Source: Candidatus Nanopelagicales bacterium (lineage in GTDB: Bacteria; Actinomycetota; Actinomycetes; S36-B12; UBA5976). Taken from it: DNA of 36,843 nucleotides. The notes beneath the pieces were generated by a model. That model made no database searches and was not told the DNA's origin. It saw only the letters and a list, made by a program, of their open reading frames with translations. The stretch is taken from positions 1 through 36,843 of the forward strand of contig JBIIAS010000002.1 of NCBI GenBank assembly GCA_044239795.1, read 5' to 3'. This document shows positions 19,888 through 29,451 of the stretch, piece after piece. The position numbers and the translations under genes were made by a program. How positions within the stretch are numbered: the stretch's first letter is position 1; every line of letters begins with the position of its first letter.

Positions 19888-20496
19888 GTGCTTGATAACG
19901 CAAACGCGCGTCGTTCATTAGCACGCTTTATCGATCCAGTGGCTCGGCTAATGCTGCGACTGAAAGTAACACCAGACGGAATTACTTGGTTTGGTTGCGC
20001 TGCAACAATCTTCATTTCAGTTGCATTCTTGGCGCAGGGCGATTTCTTGATCGGCGCACTTTTGTTTGGTGCCTTTGGGCTTATCGATCTTTTGGATGGA
20101 ACTATGGCTCGAATGCTGGGCACAGCCGGTCCATGGGGAGCTTTTTTGGACTCCACGCTGGATCGGATTTCTGATGCAGCCGTGATCTGCGCCTTGATCT
20201 ATTTCTACATAAACAGTGAGGGCAGCAATAGACAGCTTGCTGTAGTTGCAGGAATCGTTGCCCTAGTCATGAGTTTGATGACGTCATACGCTCGAGCAAA
20301 AGCAGAGTCGTTAGACGCGAAGTGCACGGTCGGAATTGCTGAGCGCGCCGAGCGCAACCTATTGATATGGGTCTCACTACTTATCTCAGCGCTCTTTGTT
20401 GATGTAATGCCTTACGCACTGACATTACTTGCGGCGTTATCGACAGTTACCGTCATCCAGCGCATCCTGTTTGTTCGAAAGCAGCTGGTGTTGTAA
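19888..20496 (+). CDS. pgsA: CDP-alcohol phosphatidyltransferase (phosphatidylinositol phosphate synthase)
   Basis: Complete motif D-x2-DG-x2-AR-x8-G-x3-D-x3-D (DLLDGTMARMLGTAGPWGAFLDSTLDRISD). The ORF track starts at TTG 19867, directly abutting the divergent ATG at 19866. The GTG at 19888 follows GAGGAA and gives an N-terminus colinear with mycobacterial PgsA1. Confidence 0.9.
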   Translation: MLDNANARRSLARFIDPVARLMLRLKVTPDGITWFGCAATIFISVAFLAQGDFLIGALLFGAFGLIDLLDGTMARMLGTAGPWGAFLDSTLDRISDAAVICALIYFYINSEGSNRQLAVVAGIVALVMSLMTSYARAKAESLDAKCTVGIAERAERNLLIWVSLLISALFVDVMPYALTLLAALSTVTVIQRILFVRKQLVL

Positions 20497-20498
20497 GC

Positions 20499-21407
20499 GT
20501 GAAATCCCGACTTGTTGATTTCGGGTATTGGCTGGGCTGGAATGCACTTTGGATTATGCCTACCCGATGGGCATACTTCCTGTTTAACGCGACAGCAAAA
20601 GTTGTCTGGCGCTTGGAGTCCAAACCAATTAAGCAACTGGAGTTGAATCTGGCTCGAGTTCTCGACTGTGAAGTCACCGATCCCAGGATTCGTCCACTCA
20701 GCTTAGAAACCATGCAAAGTTACATGCGTTATTACTGTGAAACATTTATGTTGCCCAGATGGACCGACGAACAGTTACTTGGAAAAGTACGCACTGAAGG
20801 CTCCGAGAAAGTCATGGACGCTTTAAAAACCGGTGGTGTAGTTTTGGCGCTGCCGCACTTGGCAAATTGGGATTGGGCTGGAGCTTGGGCAGCACGTAGC
20901 TTTGGTTCATTGTGCACGGTGGCTGAACGATTAAGGCCAGAAGGTGTCTTTCAAAAATTTTTAAAGGCAAGAACAGATCGCGGAATTACTTTGATGCCAC
21001 TGTCTGGAGATGGTGGAACGTATGAGTATTTGCGGGAACACGTTAATCAAGGTCGAGTCGTTGCACTACTGAGCGATCGAGATGTTGCAAAAAGTGGCAT
21101 GAGTAATGAGTTCTTTGGTCACCGCACTTCATTGCCAATTGGTGCTGCGCTACTTGCAATTGATACTGGTAGACCTCTGTTCACTTGTGCACCTTGGTAT
21201 GACGGAGACAACTTGGTTATTTCATTTGATTCCGAAATTGTGTTTGATCGCATTCCAGTCGAAGGACGCGATCGGGTTCGCTTGGCTCAAGAAGTAACCA
21301 AACTTATTGTGACCAATTTTGAGAAGCACATTTCGGCGCATCCAGAAAACTGGCACCAATTACAGCCTGTTTGGCCGGACCTAGTTGCAACAGGTTCAAA
21401 AGCATGA
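20499..21407 (+). CDS. patA: phosphatidylinositol mannoside acyltransferase (LpxL/HtrB-like)
   Basis: 302-aa ORF with a GTG start 2 nt after the pgsA stop. It carries the lysophospholipid-acyltransferase-like HLANWD motif and sits between pgsA and pimA, as Rv2611c does. Confidence 0.8.
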   Translation: MKSRLVDFGYWLGWNALWIMPTRWAYFLFNATAKVVWRLESKPIKQLELNLARVLDCEVTDPRIRPLSLETMQSYMRYYCETFMLPRWTDEQLLGKVRTEGSEKVMDALKTGGVVLALPHLANWDWAGAWAARSFGSLCTVAERLRPEGVFQKFLKARTDRGITLMPLSGDGGTYEYLREHVNQGRVVALLSDRDVAKSGMSNEFFGHRTSLPIGAALLAIDTGRPLFTCAPWYDGDNLVISFDSEIVFDRIPVEGRDRVRLAQEVTKLIVTNFEKHISAHPENWHQLQPVWPDLVATGSKA

Positions 21408-22591
21408 GAATCGGAATCGTTTGCCCATACTCATGGGATATCCCAGGCGGCGTTAGTGCGCACGTTGCGGATTTAGCTGAAGCGTTAATTCGCATGGGGC
21501 ACCATGTGAGCGTGCTAGCACCTGCAGAGTTCGATGAACTGTTACCGGATTATGTTGTGTCAACAGGCAAACCACGTGCAGTTAAATACAACGGTTCGGT
21601 TGCACGCCTTAGCTTTGGTCCTATCGCAGCCCGAAAAGTTTCCAAATGGATTGAAGAAGGAGAGTTTGATGTACTCCATGTGCACGAACCACTGGCTCCA
21701 AGCCTCTCGGTTTTAGCTTGCTGGGCTGCTAAAGGACCGATTGTTGCAACCTGGCATTCTTCGATGGATAAGTCCCGCATGATGCTGACACTTTCCAAGT
21801 TGGCGCAGACTGCAATGGAAAAAGTTTCCGCGCGAATTGCTGTTAGTGAAGCTGCCCGGACAACTCTGATGAGACATGTCGGGGGAGACGCAGTCGTTAT
21901 TCCAAATGGTGTGGATGTATCGACTTTCGCTAACGCAAAGCCAATGTTTGGTTGGCCTGGAAAAAATCAATCAATCGTGTTTTTAGGTAGAGGCGATGAA
22001 CCACGAAAAGGATTGTCTGTCTTAGTAGAGGCGTACCCAGAGATTCGACGTCAACATCCAAATGTTCGACTGTTGATTGCTGGGCCAGGAGAGCCAGCAG
22101 ACACTTTGAAGAAGTTGTCCAAAGAAGATCGAGCAAGTGTGACAGTTCTTGGCATGGTTGCACCGCAAGATAAAGCGAGCGTGCTGGCATCGGGAACAAT
22201 TTACGTAGCGCCAAATACTGGAGGTGAATCTTTCGGAATTGTTTTGCTTGAAGCCATGGCAAGCGGCACACCAGTAGTTGCTAGTGACTTAGAAGCATTC
22301 AAGCGGGTTCTTGATAACGATAAAGCGGGCGTAACTTTCGAGAACGAAAATTCTGATGATTTAGCCAGAGTAGTTTCTGATTTGCTTTCGAATCCAACTA
22401 AATGCGCAGAATTAAGCGCTCAGGGAAGGTTGCGGGCTGCTGAGTTTGACTGGTCAGTTGTAGCTGAGCGAATTGTTGATGTGTATGAATCGATTCGAGT
22501 TCCGGGCGTGACAGTCGAGCCTGACTTGACGGGACAAATGATCGGACGACTTGGTCGCGGCAGAATAACCCCAGAGATGCGGAGTGATTAA
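21404..22591 (+). CDS. pimA: GT4 glycosyltransferase, phosphatidylinositol alpha-mannosyltransferase
   Basis: N-terminus MRIGIVCPYSWDIPGGV, GT-B E-x7-E motif (ESFGIVLLEAMASGTPVVAS) and conserved synteny. The ATG at 21404 overlaps the patA stop (ATGA), so the 21371 start in the ORF track is rejected. Confidence 0.9.
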   Translation: MRIGIVCPYSWDIPGGVSAHVADLAEALIRMGHHVSVLAPAEFDELLPDYVVSTGKPRAVKYNGSVARLSFGPIAARKVSKWIEEGEFDVLHVHEPLAPSLSVLACWAAKGPIVATWHSSMDKSRMMLTLSKLAQTAMEKVSARIAVSEAARTTLMRHVGGDAVVIPNGVDVSTFANAKPMFGWPGKNQSIVFLGRGDEPRKGLSVLVEAYPEIRRQHPNVRLLIAGPGEPADTLKKLSKEDRASVTVLGMVAPQDKASVLASGTIYVAPNTGGESFGIVLLEAMASGTPVVASDLEAFKRVLDNDKAGVTFENENSDDLARVVSDLLSNPTKCAELSAQGRLRAAEFDWSVVAERIVDVYESIRVPGVTVEPDLTGQMIGRLGRGRITPEMRSD

Positions 22592-23133
22592 TGAATAATC
22601 AATCATTTATCTTGATTGCAGGAATCTCGTTCGCCGTTTGGTATTTATCCCATCAAGCTGGCCGACTAGATAGGTTGCATCACCGCATTGAAGTAACTGA
22701 GTTGGCTCTACATGGACAACTTGTAAGGCGTGGAGGGATTGTTGCGGAGTTGGCAGCTGTGCCTGGGATTGATCCAGCGCTTTCGGTGCTGTGGGGTCAG
22801 GCTGCTCACGAGGCACTAATTCTGCAAGAGGTTTCCTCACCAGAGCGCACTCAAGTCGAAGACGAGTTGACCAGTATCTTGGTTATGACTCTGGATGAGC
22901 CTGAGGAAGTCAACGAAATCCGAAGGAACCTTCATGCTTCGGCACTACTTGATGAGTTGGCTCAGGTCTGTGATCGCATCAAAATGAGCCAGCAATTCCA
23001 TTCTGATGCGGTGCGCGATTGCCTTGAGATCCGTGAACAGTTATTGGTTAGGTTTTTCCGCTTGGCAGGTAGGGCCAAACCGCCAGTCCCAGTGGATTTG
23101 GATGTCCAGATTCCACCAGCTTTAGCCGACTAG
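22591..23133 (+). CDS. hypothetical membrane-anchored protein, distantly LemA-like
   Basis: 180-aa ORF whose ATG shares one base with the pimA stop (TAATG). It has one N-terminal TM helix. RLDRLHHRIEVTELALHGQLVRRGGIV and the C-terminal LLVRFFRLAGR loosely parallel LemA segments, but this is a weak similarity judged by eye. Confidence 0.45.
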   Translation: MNNQSFILIAGISFAVWYLSHQAGRLDRLHHRIEVTELALHGQLVRRGGIVAELAAVPGIDPALSVLWGQAAHEALILQEVSSPERTQVEDELTSILVMTLDEPEEVNEIRRNLHASALLDELAQVCDRIKMSQQFHSDAVRDCLEIREQLLVRFFRLAGRAKPPVPVDLDVQIPPALAD

Positions 23134-23191
23134 CAAAAAAGCCCCGGCTCGCTAGACTTGGGGAAACCTAAGAATCTCCTAAAGGATCAAC

Positions 23192-24097
23192 ATGGCAACG
23201 GATGCAACAAGCACAGGCGTAACTGGCACAACTCGCGTTAAGCGCGGAATGGCCGACATGCTTAAGGGTGGCGTCATCATGGACGTCGTTAACGTAGAGC
23301 AAGCCAAAATTGCTGAAGACGCTGGTGCAATCGCAGTAATGGCGCTGGAACGCGTACCTGCAGACATTCGCGCCCAAGGTGGCGTAGCTCGCATGTCAGA
23401 TCCAGACATGATCGACGAGATTATTAACGCAGTTTCAATCCCAGTTATGGCAAAGGCACGCATTGGCCATTTCGTTGAAGCTCAGGTTATTCAAAGTCTT
23501 GGTGTTGATTACATCGACGAATCAGAAGTTTTGACTCCAGCTGACTACATCAATCACATCGACAAATGGGCATTCACTGTTCCTTTCGTGTGTGGAGCGA
23601 CAAATCTTGGCGAAGCACTTCGTCGCATCAATGAAGGTGCCGCAATGATTCGCTCTAAGGGCGAAGCTGGTACCGGTGACGTATCAAATGCAACTGGTCA
23701 CATCCGCACAATTAAGGGTGAGATTCGTCGACTATCTTCGATGAGCAAAGACGAGCTTTATGTTGCTGCAAAGGAACTACAGGCACCTTACGAATTGGTT
23801 TGTGAAGTTGCTGAAAAGGGTGCGCTACCTGTTGTGCTTTTCACTGCTGGTGGTATTGCTACTCCTGCTGACGCTGCAATGATGATGCAACTTGGAGCTG
23901 ACGGTGTGTTCGTTGGTTCCGGCATCTTCAAGTCTGGCGATCCAGTAAAGCGCGCTAATGCAATCGTGCAGGCAACACTTCACTTTGATAATCCAGATGA
24001 GATTGCAAAGGCATCACGCGGCCTAGGTGAAGCAATGGTTGGAATCAACGTTGCAGACATTCCCGTGCCACATCGCCTGGCTGAGCGCGGCTGGTAG
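23192..24097 (+). CDS. pdxS: pyridoxal 5'-phosphate synthase lyase subunit
   Basis: 301-aa ORF with [35 protein letters not shown] and [14 protein letters not shown]. Confidence 0.97.
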   Translation: MATDATSTGVTGTTRVKRGMADMLKGGVIMDVVNVEQAKIAEDAGAIAVMALERVPADIRAQGGVARMSDPDMIDEIINAVSIPVMAKARIGHFVEAQVIQSLGVDYIDESEVLTPADYINHIDKWAFTVPFVCGATNLGEALRRINEGAAMIRSKGEAGTGDVSNATGHIRTIKGEIRRLSSMSKDELYVAAKELQAPYELVCEVAEKGALPVVLFTAGGIATPADAAMMMQLGADGVFVGSGIFKSGDPVKRANAIVQATLHFDNPDEIAKASRGLGEAMVGINVADIPVPHRLAERGW

Positions 24098-24102
24098 TTG
24101 CC

Positions 24103-24708
24103 ATGTCCCCAGTAATTGGGGTTCTCGCAATCCAAGGTGACGTGCGGGAACACGCACGTTGTCTAGAGCAGCTCGAAGTTGATGTAAGGCTAGTTAAAAC
24201 TGCTGAGCAACTTAAAGGTATTGCCGGATTGGTTATCCCTGGAGGCGAGTCAACAACCATGAGCATTCTGGCCGTTAAGAACAATTTATTTGGACCACTG
24301 CGCGAACTGCGAACCCAAATACCGATGTATGGATCTTGTGCCGGACTAATCATGTTGGCTGACTCGATCTCCGATGGGCGAGCAGATCAAGAAACCATTG
24401 GCGGATTAAACATCACTGCTAAGCGCAATGCTTTTGGGCGCCAAGTTGATTCGTTTGAAATTGATTTACACATTCCAGCGATAGGTGAGCCGGATTACCA
24501 CGCAGTGTTCATTCGAGCTCCACTTGTAGAGGCTGCGAGTGATGCGGTCGAGGTCTTGGCAGCGATTCCTGCAGACAAGTCTCTGACCGGTACCGATCAG
24601 GTTGTTGCCGTAAGGCAAGATAATCTCATGGCAACGTCTTTCCATCCCGAGATCACTTCAGATTTAAGAATTCATAAGTATTTTGTAGACATGGTGAGGT
24701 CAGCATGA
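24103..24708 (+). CDS. pdxT: pyridoxal 5'-phosphate synthase glutaminase subunit
   Basis: 201-aa ORF with [13 protein letters not shown], the catalytic Cys in GSCAGLIML and the FHPE motif. It lies directly after pdxS. Confidence 0.95.
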   Translation: MSPVIGVLAIQGDVREHARCLEQLEVDVRLVKTAEQLKGIAGLVIPGGESTTMSILAVKNNLFGPLRELRTQIPMYGSCAGLIMLADSISDGRADQETIGGLNITAKRNAFGRQVDSFEIDLHIPAIGEPDYHAVFIRAPLVEAASDAVEVLAAIPADKSLTGTDQVVAVRQDNLMATSFHPEITSDLRIHKYFVDMVRSA

Positions 24709-25457
24709 GTGGACATTCCAAATGGGCAACCACAAAGCACAAGAAAGCCGTTATCGATTCCCGTCGCGGAAAACTTTTTGCAAAGCTAATCAAAAACATT
24801 GAAGTAGCCGCGCGAGTCGGCGGGGGAGATCCAGCTGCGAATCCAACGCTTTACGATGCAATTACTAAGGCTAAAAAGAGCTCAGTTCCAAACGACAACA
24901 TCGATCGTGCAGTTAAGCGTGGCTCCGGTGTTGAAGCTGGTGGCGCTGATTACCAGACCATCATGTACGAAGGCTATGGCCCAAATGGTGTAGCGCTATT
25001 GATTGAATGCCTTTCGGATAATCGCAATCGCGCTGCGTCCGATACTCGCGTTGCAGTCACTCGCAATGGTGGCAACATGGCGGATCCTGGTTCGGTTTCG
25101 TACATGTTTGAGCGCAAGGGCGTTGTGATGGTGCCGGAAGGCGCATCAACTGAAGAACAAATCATGGACGCCGTATTAGATGCTGGCGCTGAAGAAGTAA
25201 ATGATCATGGCGGCAGCATTGAAATCATCAGTGACTCAAAAGATGTTGTTGCAGTCCGACAGGCGCTACAAGCAGCTGGTATTGACTATGAGTCGGCAGA
25301 ATCAACATTCGTGCCAAACATGACAGTCCCAGTCGATGCCGAAACTGCTCGCAAGGTATTTGCCTTGATCGAAGCCCTTGAAGACGTTGACGATGTCCAG
25401 AATGTGTTCACGAATATCGACATCTCAGATGAAGTCTTGGCTCAACTAGCTGACTAA
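24705..25457 (+). CDS. yebC: YebC/PmpR family DNA-binding transcriptional regulator
   Basis: 250-aa ORF with the N-terminus [19 protein letters not shown] overlap with pdxT. It holds the conserved position upstream of ruvC. Confidence 0.95.
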   Translation: MSGHSKWATTKHKKAVIDSRRGKLFAKLIKNIEVAARVGGGDPAANPTLYDAITKAKKSSVPNDNIDRAVKRGSGVEAGGADYQTIMYEGYGPNGVALLIECLSDNRNRAASDTRVAVTRNGGNMADPGSVSYMFERKGVVMVPEGASTEEQIMDAVLDAGAEEVNDHGGSIEIISDSKDVVAVRQALQAAGIDYESAESTFVPNMTVPVDAETARKVFALIEALEDVDDVQNVFTNIDISDEVLAQLAD

Positions 25458-25544
25458 GTTCAGCCACAAAGCAACACTAAATCTGCTATTTGCTACGAAT
25501 CAAGCCCGAAATCCTTCACTTTTGACCACTTATGGCATAGGCTT

Positions 25545-25560
25545 TCGAACAGATGTTCGG
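25545..25560. promoter_or_regulatory. LexA (SOS) box TCGAACAGATGTTCGG upstream of ruvC
   Basis: Matches the actinobacterial/Gram-positive SOS box TCGAAC-N4-GTTCGA at 11 of the 12 specified positions. It lies 8 nt upstream of the ruvC ATG, just downstream of a possible TTCACT-17 nt-TAGGCT promoter (25515-25543). Confidence 0.7.
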
Positions 25561-25567
25561 AGGAAAT

Positions 25568-26092
25568 ATGCGGATTTTGGGAATCGACCCAGGTTTAACG
25601 CGCTGTGGCGTTGGGATCGTAGATCTCAACAGCAACCGCCGAGCATCCTTCGTAGCCGTTCACGTGATTCGCACGCCAAGTACTAGCGAGTTACCTGTCA
25701 GACTTTTTGAGCTAGAAACCGGCTTAACCGAGATGTTCGATAGCTATCAGCCAGATGCGATCGCAATCGAGCGAGTCTTTAGCCAACACAATGTTCGAAC
25801 TGCCATGGGCACCGCCCAGGCCAGTGCAGTTGCGATGTTAATCGCAGCCCGGAATCAACTGGATGTTGCAATGTACACACCAACTGAAGTTAAGGCTGCA
25901 GTTACCGGATATGGACGAGCTGATAAAGCGCAGATCACTTCAATGGTTACACGCTTATTAAATCTTGCTGAGCCACCTAAACCAGCTGACGCTGCCGATG
26001 CTCTGGCTTTGGCTCTTTGTCATGCCTGGAAAGGTCATGGCAAAAGTCGAATTGCTGAACACATGGCTAAACAAACAGCGGTTGGTGCCTGA
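25568..26092 (+). CDS. ruvC: crossover junction endodeoxyribonuclease RuvC
   Basis: N-terminus MRILGIDPGLTRCGVG, plus AIERVF and ADAADALALALCH. The ATG at 25568 follows GGAGGA. The ORF-track ATG at 25553 lies inside the SOS box and has no SD. Confidence 0.95.
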   Translation: MRILGIDPGLTRCGVGIVDLNSNRRASFVAVHVIRTPSTSELPVRLFELETGLTEMFDSYQPDAIAIERVFSQHNVRTAMGTAQASAVAMLIAARNQLDVAMYTPTEVKAAVTGYGRADKAQITSMVTRLLNLAEPPKPADAADALALALCHAWKGHGKSRIAEHMAKQTAVGA

Positions 26093-26688
26093 TGATTTCG
26101 TCTTTGCGTGGTCCAGTTTTAGAAATCAGATTAGATTCACTTGTTGTTGCAGTCGGCGGCGTAGGTATGACTGTTATGTGCTCACCTGACACGATCTCTC
26201 AGGCTCGAATCGATCAAGAGATCACGTTGTTTACATCATTGATTGTTCGCGAAGATTCACTAACTTTGTTTGGTTTTGCAAACTCAGAAAATCGAGAAAT
26301 GTTTGAAGTTGTGCAAGGTGTTTCTGGATTTGGTCCGAAATTAGCATTCACGATTCTTTCTTCGTTACCAGCCGATGAACTTAGAACGGCAATTGGTAAT
26401 GAAGACGTAGCCCGTTTGAAGCAAACACCTGGTGTTGGTGCCAAGGGTGCTCAGCGCTTAGTTCTAGAACTCAAAGATCGCATTGGCACACCTTCGTCTG
26501 GTGCGAAGCGAAGCTCTAGCAAAGAGGCGCAGTGGCAAATCCAAGTTGAACAAGGCTTACTTGGTTTGGGTTGGTCACCACGCGATGCCCAGCGCGCTAT
26601 TTCTGCAGTGATTGAAGAAGGCGTAACCGATTCCCAAGAAACACCAGAGTTACTTCGTCGCGCCTTACAGATTCTGGCCGGCGCATGA
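26092..26688 (+). CDS. ruvA: Holliday junction branch migration protein RuvA
   Basis: 198-aa ORF with an OB-fold N-terminus (ISSLRGPV) and HhH motifs ([26 protein letters not shown]). TGATG overlap with ruvC. Confidence 0.95.
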   Translation: MISSLRGPVLEIRLDSLVVAVGGVGMTVMCSPDTISQARIDQEITLFTSLIVREDSLTLFGFANSENREMFEVVQGVSGFGPKLAFTILSSLPADELRTAIGNEDVARLKQTPGVGAKGAQRLVLELKDRIGTPSSGAKRSSSKEAQWQIQVEQGLLGLGWSPRDAQRAISAVIEEGVTDSQETPELLRRALQILAGA

Positions 26689-27710
26689 GTGATCGAATGG
26701 TGAACCCAGAACTCTCCACTGAAGAACGCGTGGCTGATGCAGCGCTGCGTCCGTCATCACTCGAAGAGTTTGTAGGACAAAAGCGCGTAAAAGATCAGCT
26801 GCACTTAGTACTTAGTGCGGCCAAGCAACGCAACGCTAGTGCCGATCACATTTTGCTATCCGGACCTCCGGGACTTGGTAAAACTACTTTGGCCATGATC
26901 ATTGCAGCTGAGGTTGGAGCGCCACTTCGCATCACAAGCGGTCCAACAATTCAGCACGCTGGAGATTTAGCAAGCATCCTTTCCAGTTTGGTCCCGGGTG
27001 AAGTTTTATTCCTGGATGAAATTCATCGCATGTCCAGAGCTGCCGAAGAAATGATGTATTTGGCAATGGAAGATTTCCGAGTCGATGTCATGGTCGGCAA
27101 AGGTCCAGGCGCCACTTCAATTCCACTTGAGTTACCACCATTTACTTTGGTTGGCGCAACTACACGCGCGGGAATGTTGCCGGCACCACTGCGCGATCGC
27201 TTCGGATTCACAGCCCACTTGGATTATTACGAGCCGATCGAACTTGAATCAATCGTGGTTAGATCTGCAAAGCAATTGGGAATTTCAATCGATGCTGATT
27301 CAGCTCGTGAGCTAAGTCGACGATCTAGGGGCACCCCTCGAATTGCAAATCGGCTGTTGCGCAGATCTCGCGATTATGCCCAGGTGCATCATGATGGGAA
27401 TTTGAATCTAACTCGTACTCAGGCTGCGCTAGAACTCTATGAAGTAGACGACTTAGGGCTGGATCGGCTAGACCGAGCTGTTCTAGTTGCACTCATCGAT
27501 AAGTTCGGCGGCGGACCCGTGGGGCTATCCACTTTGGCGCTTGCCGTGGGCGAGGAGCCAGAAACCGTTGACACAGTTTGTGAACCGTTCTTGGTTAGAG
27601 AGGGCTTCATAACCCGAACTCCGCGAGGCCGCGTTGCAACCCCTGCAGCTTGGTCAGCATTGGGAAGAAAGCCCCCCAGAATGCCTAATCAACTACCTCT
27701 TGAGGACTAA
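26685..27710 (+). CDS. ruvB: Holliday junction branch migration DNA helicase RuvB
   Basis: 341-aa ORF with Walker [10 protein letters not shown], Walker B LFLDEIHR and sensor/arginine finger regions ([20 protein letters not shown]). Confidence 0.97.
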   Translation: MSDRMVNPELSTEERVADAALRPSSLEEFVGQKRVKDQLHLVLSAAKQRNASADHILLSGPPGLGKTTLAMIIAAEVGAPLRITSGPTIQHAGDLASILSSLVPGEVLFLDEIHRMSRAAEEMMYLAMEDFRVDVMVGKGPGATSIPLELPPFTLVGATTRAGMLPAPLRDRFGFTAHLDYYEPIELESIVVRSAKQLGISIDADSARELSRRSRGTPRIANRLLRRSRDYAQVHHDGNLNLTRTQAALELYEVDDLGLDRLDRAVLVALIDKFGGGPVGLSTLALAVGEEPETVDTVCEPFLVREGFITRTPRGRVATPAAWSALGRKPPRMPNQLPLED

Positions 27711-27810
27711 TGGGCGGTCACCGAGAACGCTCTTTTGCACGCTAAACTTGTCCAGCAACCCGTTTTATGTGACTAATTAGTTTTGTTTCCAATTCGAAAA
27801 GGCTTAACAA

Positions 27811-29451
27811 GTGGCTCAGCATTACCGTCCAGGTCGGTCGTTACTGATTTTTATCATTGGCTTGATCGGATTGATGATTTGGACCTTCCTTCCTGGCGAG
27901 CGTCATACGCCCAAACTAGGACTTGACCTTCGCGGTGGAACCCAAGTCATTTTGTCGCCATCCGTGGCAGCCGGTGAAACGTTGTCTCAGGATCAACTGA
28001 ATCAAACCGTTGCAATCATTCGCCAGCGTGTTGACGGCTTCGGTGTTGCCGAATCCGAGGTGACAATTCAAGGCACCGGAAACGGCGCGAAGATCATCGT
28101 GACAATTCCAGGTGAAACGAGCCGAACTGTAGTTGATCAACTTAAGACAACTGCTCAGCTAAATTTCCGTCCAGTGCTTGCTATTGACTTTGGATCTCCG
28201 CCACAACCAAGTGCGACCCCAACTCCTACTACAAGTGACGCTGCTAGCCCAAGTGCATCGCCATCGGCGAGCGCTTCGCCATCAGCGAGTGAATCACCGA
28301 CAGCCAGTGCAACACCTGAGCCAAGTCCAACCCCATCTGTTTCCGTTGCTCCAGAACTACTAGTTCCACCGATTCAATCTCCAGATGGATCAGGGGATTT
28401 TGCAGATCGATTCGCAGCCTTGAATTGCGCGGAATCAGAAATTCTTAATGGTTCAACTGATGACCCGGCTCAGTACCTCATTAGTTGTGAAAAAGATGCC
28501 TCGGTTAAGTACGCATTGGCACCAGCCGATCTAGTTGGTACTGATATCGAAAGCGCCACTGCAGGTTTGCCACAATCGGGTGGCGGTGGCTGGCAAGTAG
28601 ATCTTCAGATGACTTCAGAAGGTGCAAAGAAGTTTGCAGACTCAACAACCAAGCTCTCAGCACTCGAATCACCAAATGATCAGTTCGCCATTGTTCTTGA
28701 TGGGGTAGTTATCAGTGCTCCTTCTGTTAATGAAGCGATTCTTGGTGGCTCTGCAGTTATCTCAGGTTCATTTACTGCTGATGAAGCACGCGCCCTTGCT
28801 CAAGTTTTGAAGTATGGCGCGCTGCCAGTGGGACTTGAAGTTGATGAAGTTCAGCAAATTTCCCCAACACTCGGTAACGATCAGCTCAGAGCTGGATTGA
28901 TTGCCGGTGGCTTCGGTTTGCTTCTAGTTGTTATCTACCTGTTGCTTTACTACCGTGCACTTGGCGTGATCGCCGTAGTGAGTTTGGTTGCGGCCGCAAT
29001 AATGACGTACTTGGTGTTTGTAATCTTGGGTCGAGGGATTGGATTTACGCTCACTTTGGCTGGTGTAGCCGGTGCCATCGTTTCAATTGGTATCACTGCC
29101 GACTCGTTCATCATTTACTTTGAGCGTATTCGTGATGAAATTCGCGAAGGCAAGAGATTACGAGTCGCGATCGACCAAGGCTGGTACCGAGCACGCAGAA
29201 CCATTTTGGCCGCCGACTTCGTCTCGCTATTGAGCGCGGCAATTTTGTACTACTTGTCTGTAGGTAGCGTTCGAGGTTTCGCATTCACACTAGGTCTTAT
29301 CACTTTTGTCGACTTGGCAGTCGCGTTCTTGTTCACGCGCTCGCTGGTCACAAAGCTTGGAAACTCGAAGTGGATGAATAAAGGCTCAGCCTGGACTGGA
29401 GTTTCACCAACCCGACTTGGGGTAAAAAGCTCAACATCGGAGGTTAACTAA
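27811..29451 (+). CDS. secD: protein translocase subunit SecD
   Basis: 546-aa ORF with a GTG start. It has an N-terminal TM helix, the LDLRGGT motif, a periplasmic domain and a C-terminal six-TM bundle (TLAGVAGAIVSIGITADSFIIYFERIRDE). Confidence 0.95.
   Translation: MAQHYRPGRSLLIFIIGLIGLMIWTFLPGERHTPKLGLDLRGGTQVILSPSVAAGETLSQDQLNQTVAIIRQRVDGFGVAESEVTIQGTGNGAKIIVTIPGETSRTVVDQLKTTAQLNFRPVLAIDFGSPPQPSATPTPTTSDAASPSASPSASASPSASESPTASATPEPSPTPSVSVAPELLVPPIQSPDGSGDFADRFAALNCAESEILNGSTDDPAQYLISCEKDASVKYALAPADLVGTDIESATAGLPQSGGGGWQVDLQMTSEGAKKFADSTTKLSALESPNDQFAIVLDGVVISAPSVNEAILGGSAVISGSFTADEARALAQVLKYGALPVGLEVDEVQQISPTLGNDQLRAGLIAGGFGLLLVVIYLLLYYRALGVIAVVSLVAAAIMTYLVFVILGRGIGFTLTLAGVAGAIVSIGITADSFIIYFERIRDEIREGKRLRVAIDQGWYRARRTILAADFVSLLSAAILYYLSVGSVRGFAFTLGLITFVDLAVAFLFTRSLVTKLGNSKWMNKGSAWTGVSPTRLGVKSSTSEVN
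28195..28353 (+). repeat. low-complexity Pro/Ser/Ala/Thr-rich linker inside SecD
   Basis: Translates to SPPQPSATPTPTTSDAASPSASPSASASPSASESPTASATPEPSPTPSVSVAP, with imperfect SPSA(S) reiterations visible at the DNA level (gcatcgccatcggcgagcgcttcgccatcagcgagt). Confidence 0.7.

Noticed and set aside
23134-23165. AAAAAAGCCCCGGCTCGCTAGACTTGGGG after the LemA-like gene, considered as a terminator
   Set aside because: It forms only a 4-bp CCCC/GGGG stem with a 14-nt loop, and no downstream T-tract follows on the plus strand. The TAGACT inside it is more plausibly the pdxS -10.
25553-25567. ORF-track ATG at 25553 as the ruvC start
   Set aside because: This ATG lies within the spacer of the LexA box and has no SD. 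The ATG at 25568 follows GGAGGA and yields the canonical MRILGIDPG N-terminus.
27709-27744. 11-codon ORF ([11 protein letters not shown]) in the ruvB-secD gap, considered as a candidate yajC remnant
   Set aside because: It is far too short, is not hydrophobic (YajC is a single-TM protein) and has no RBS.
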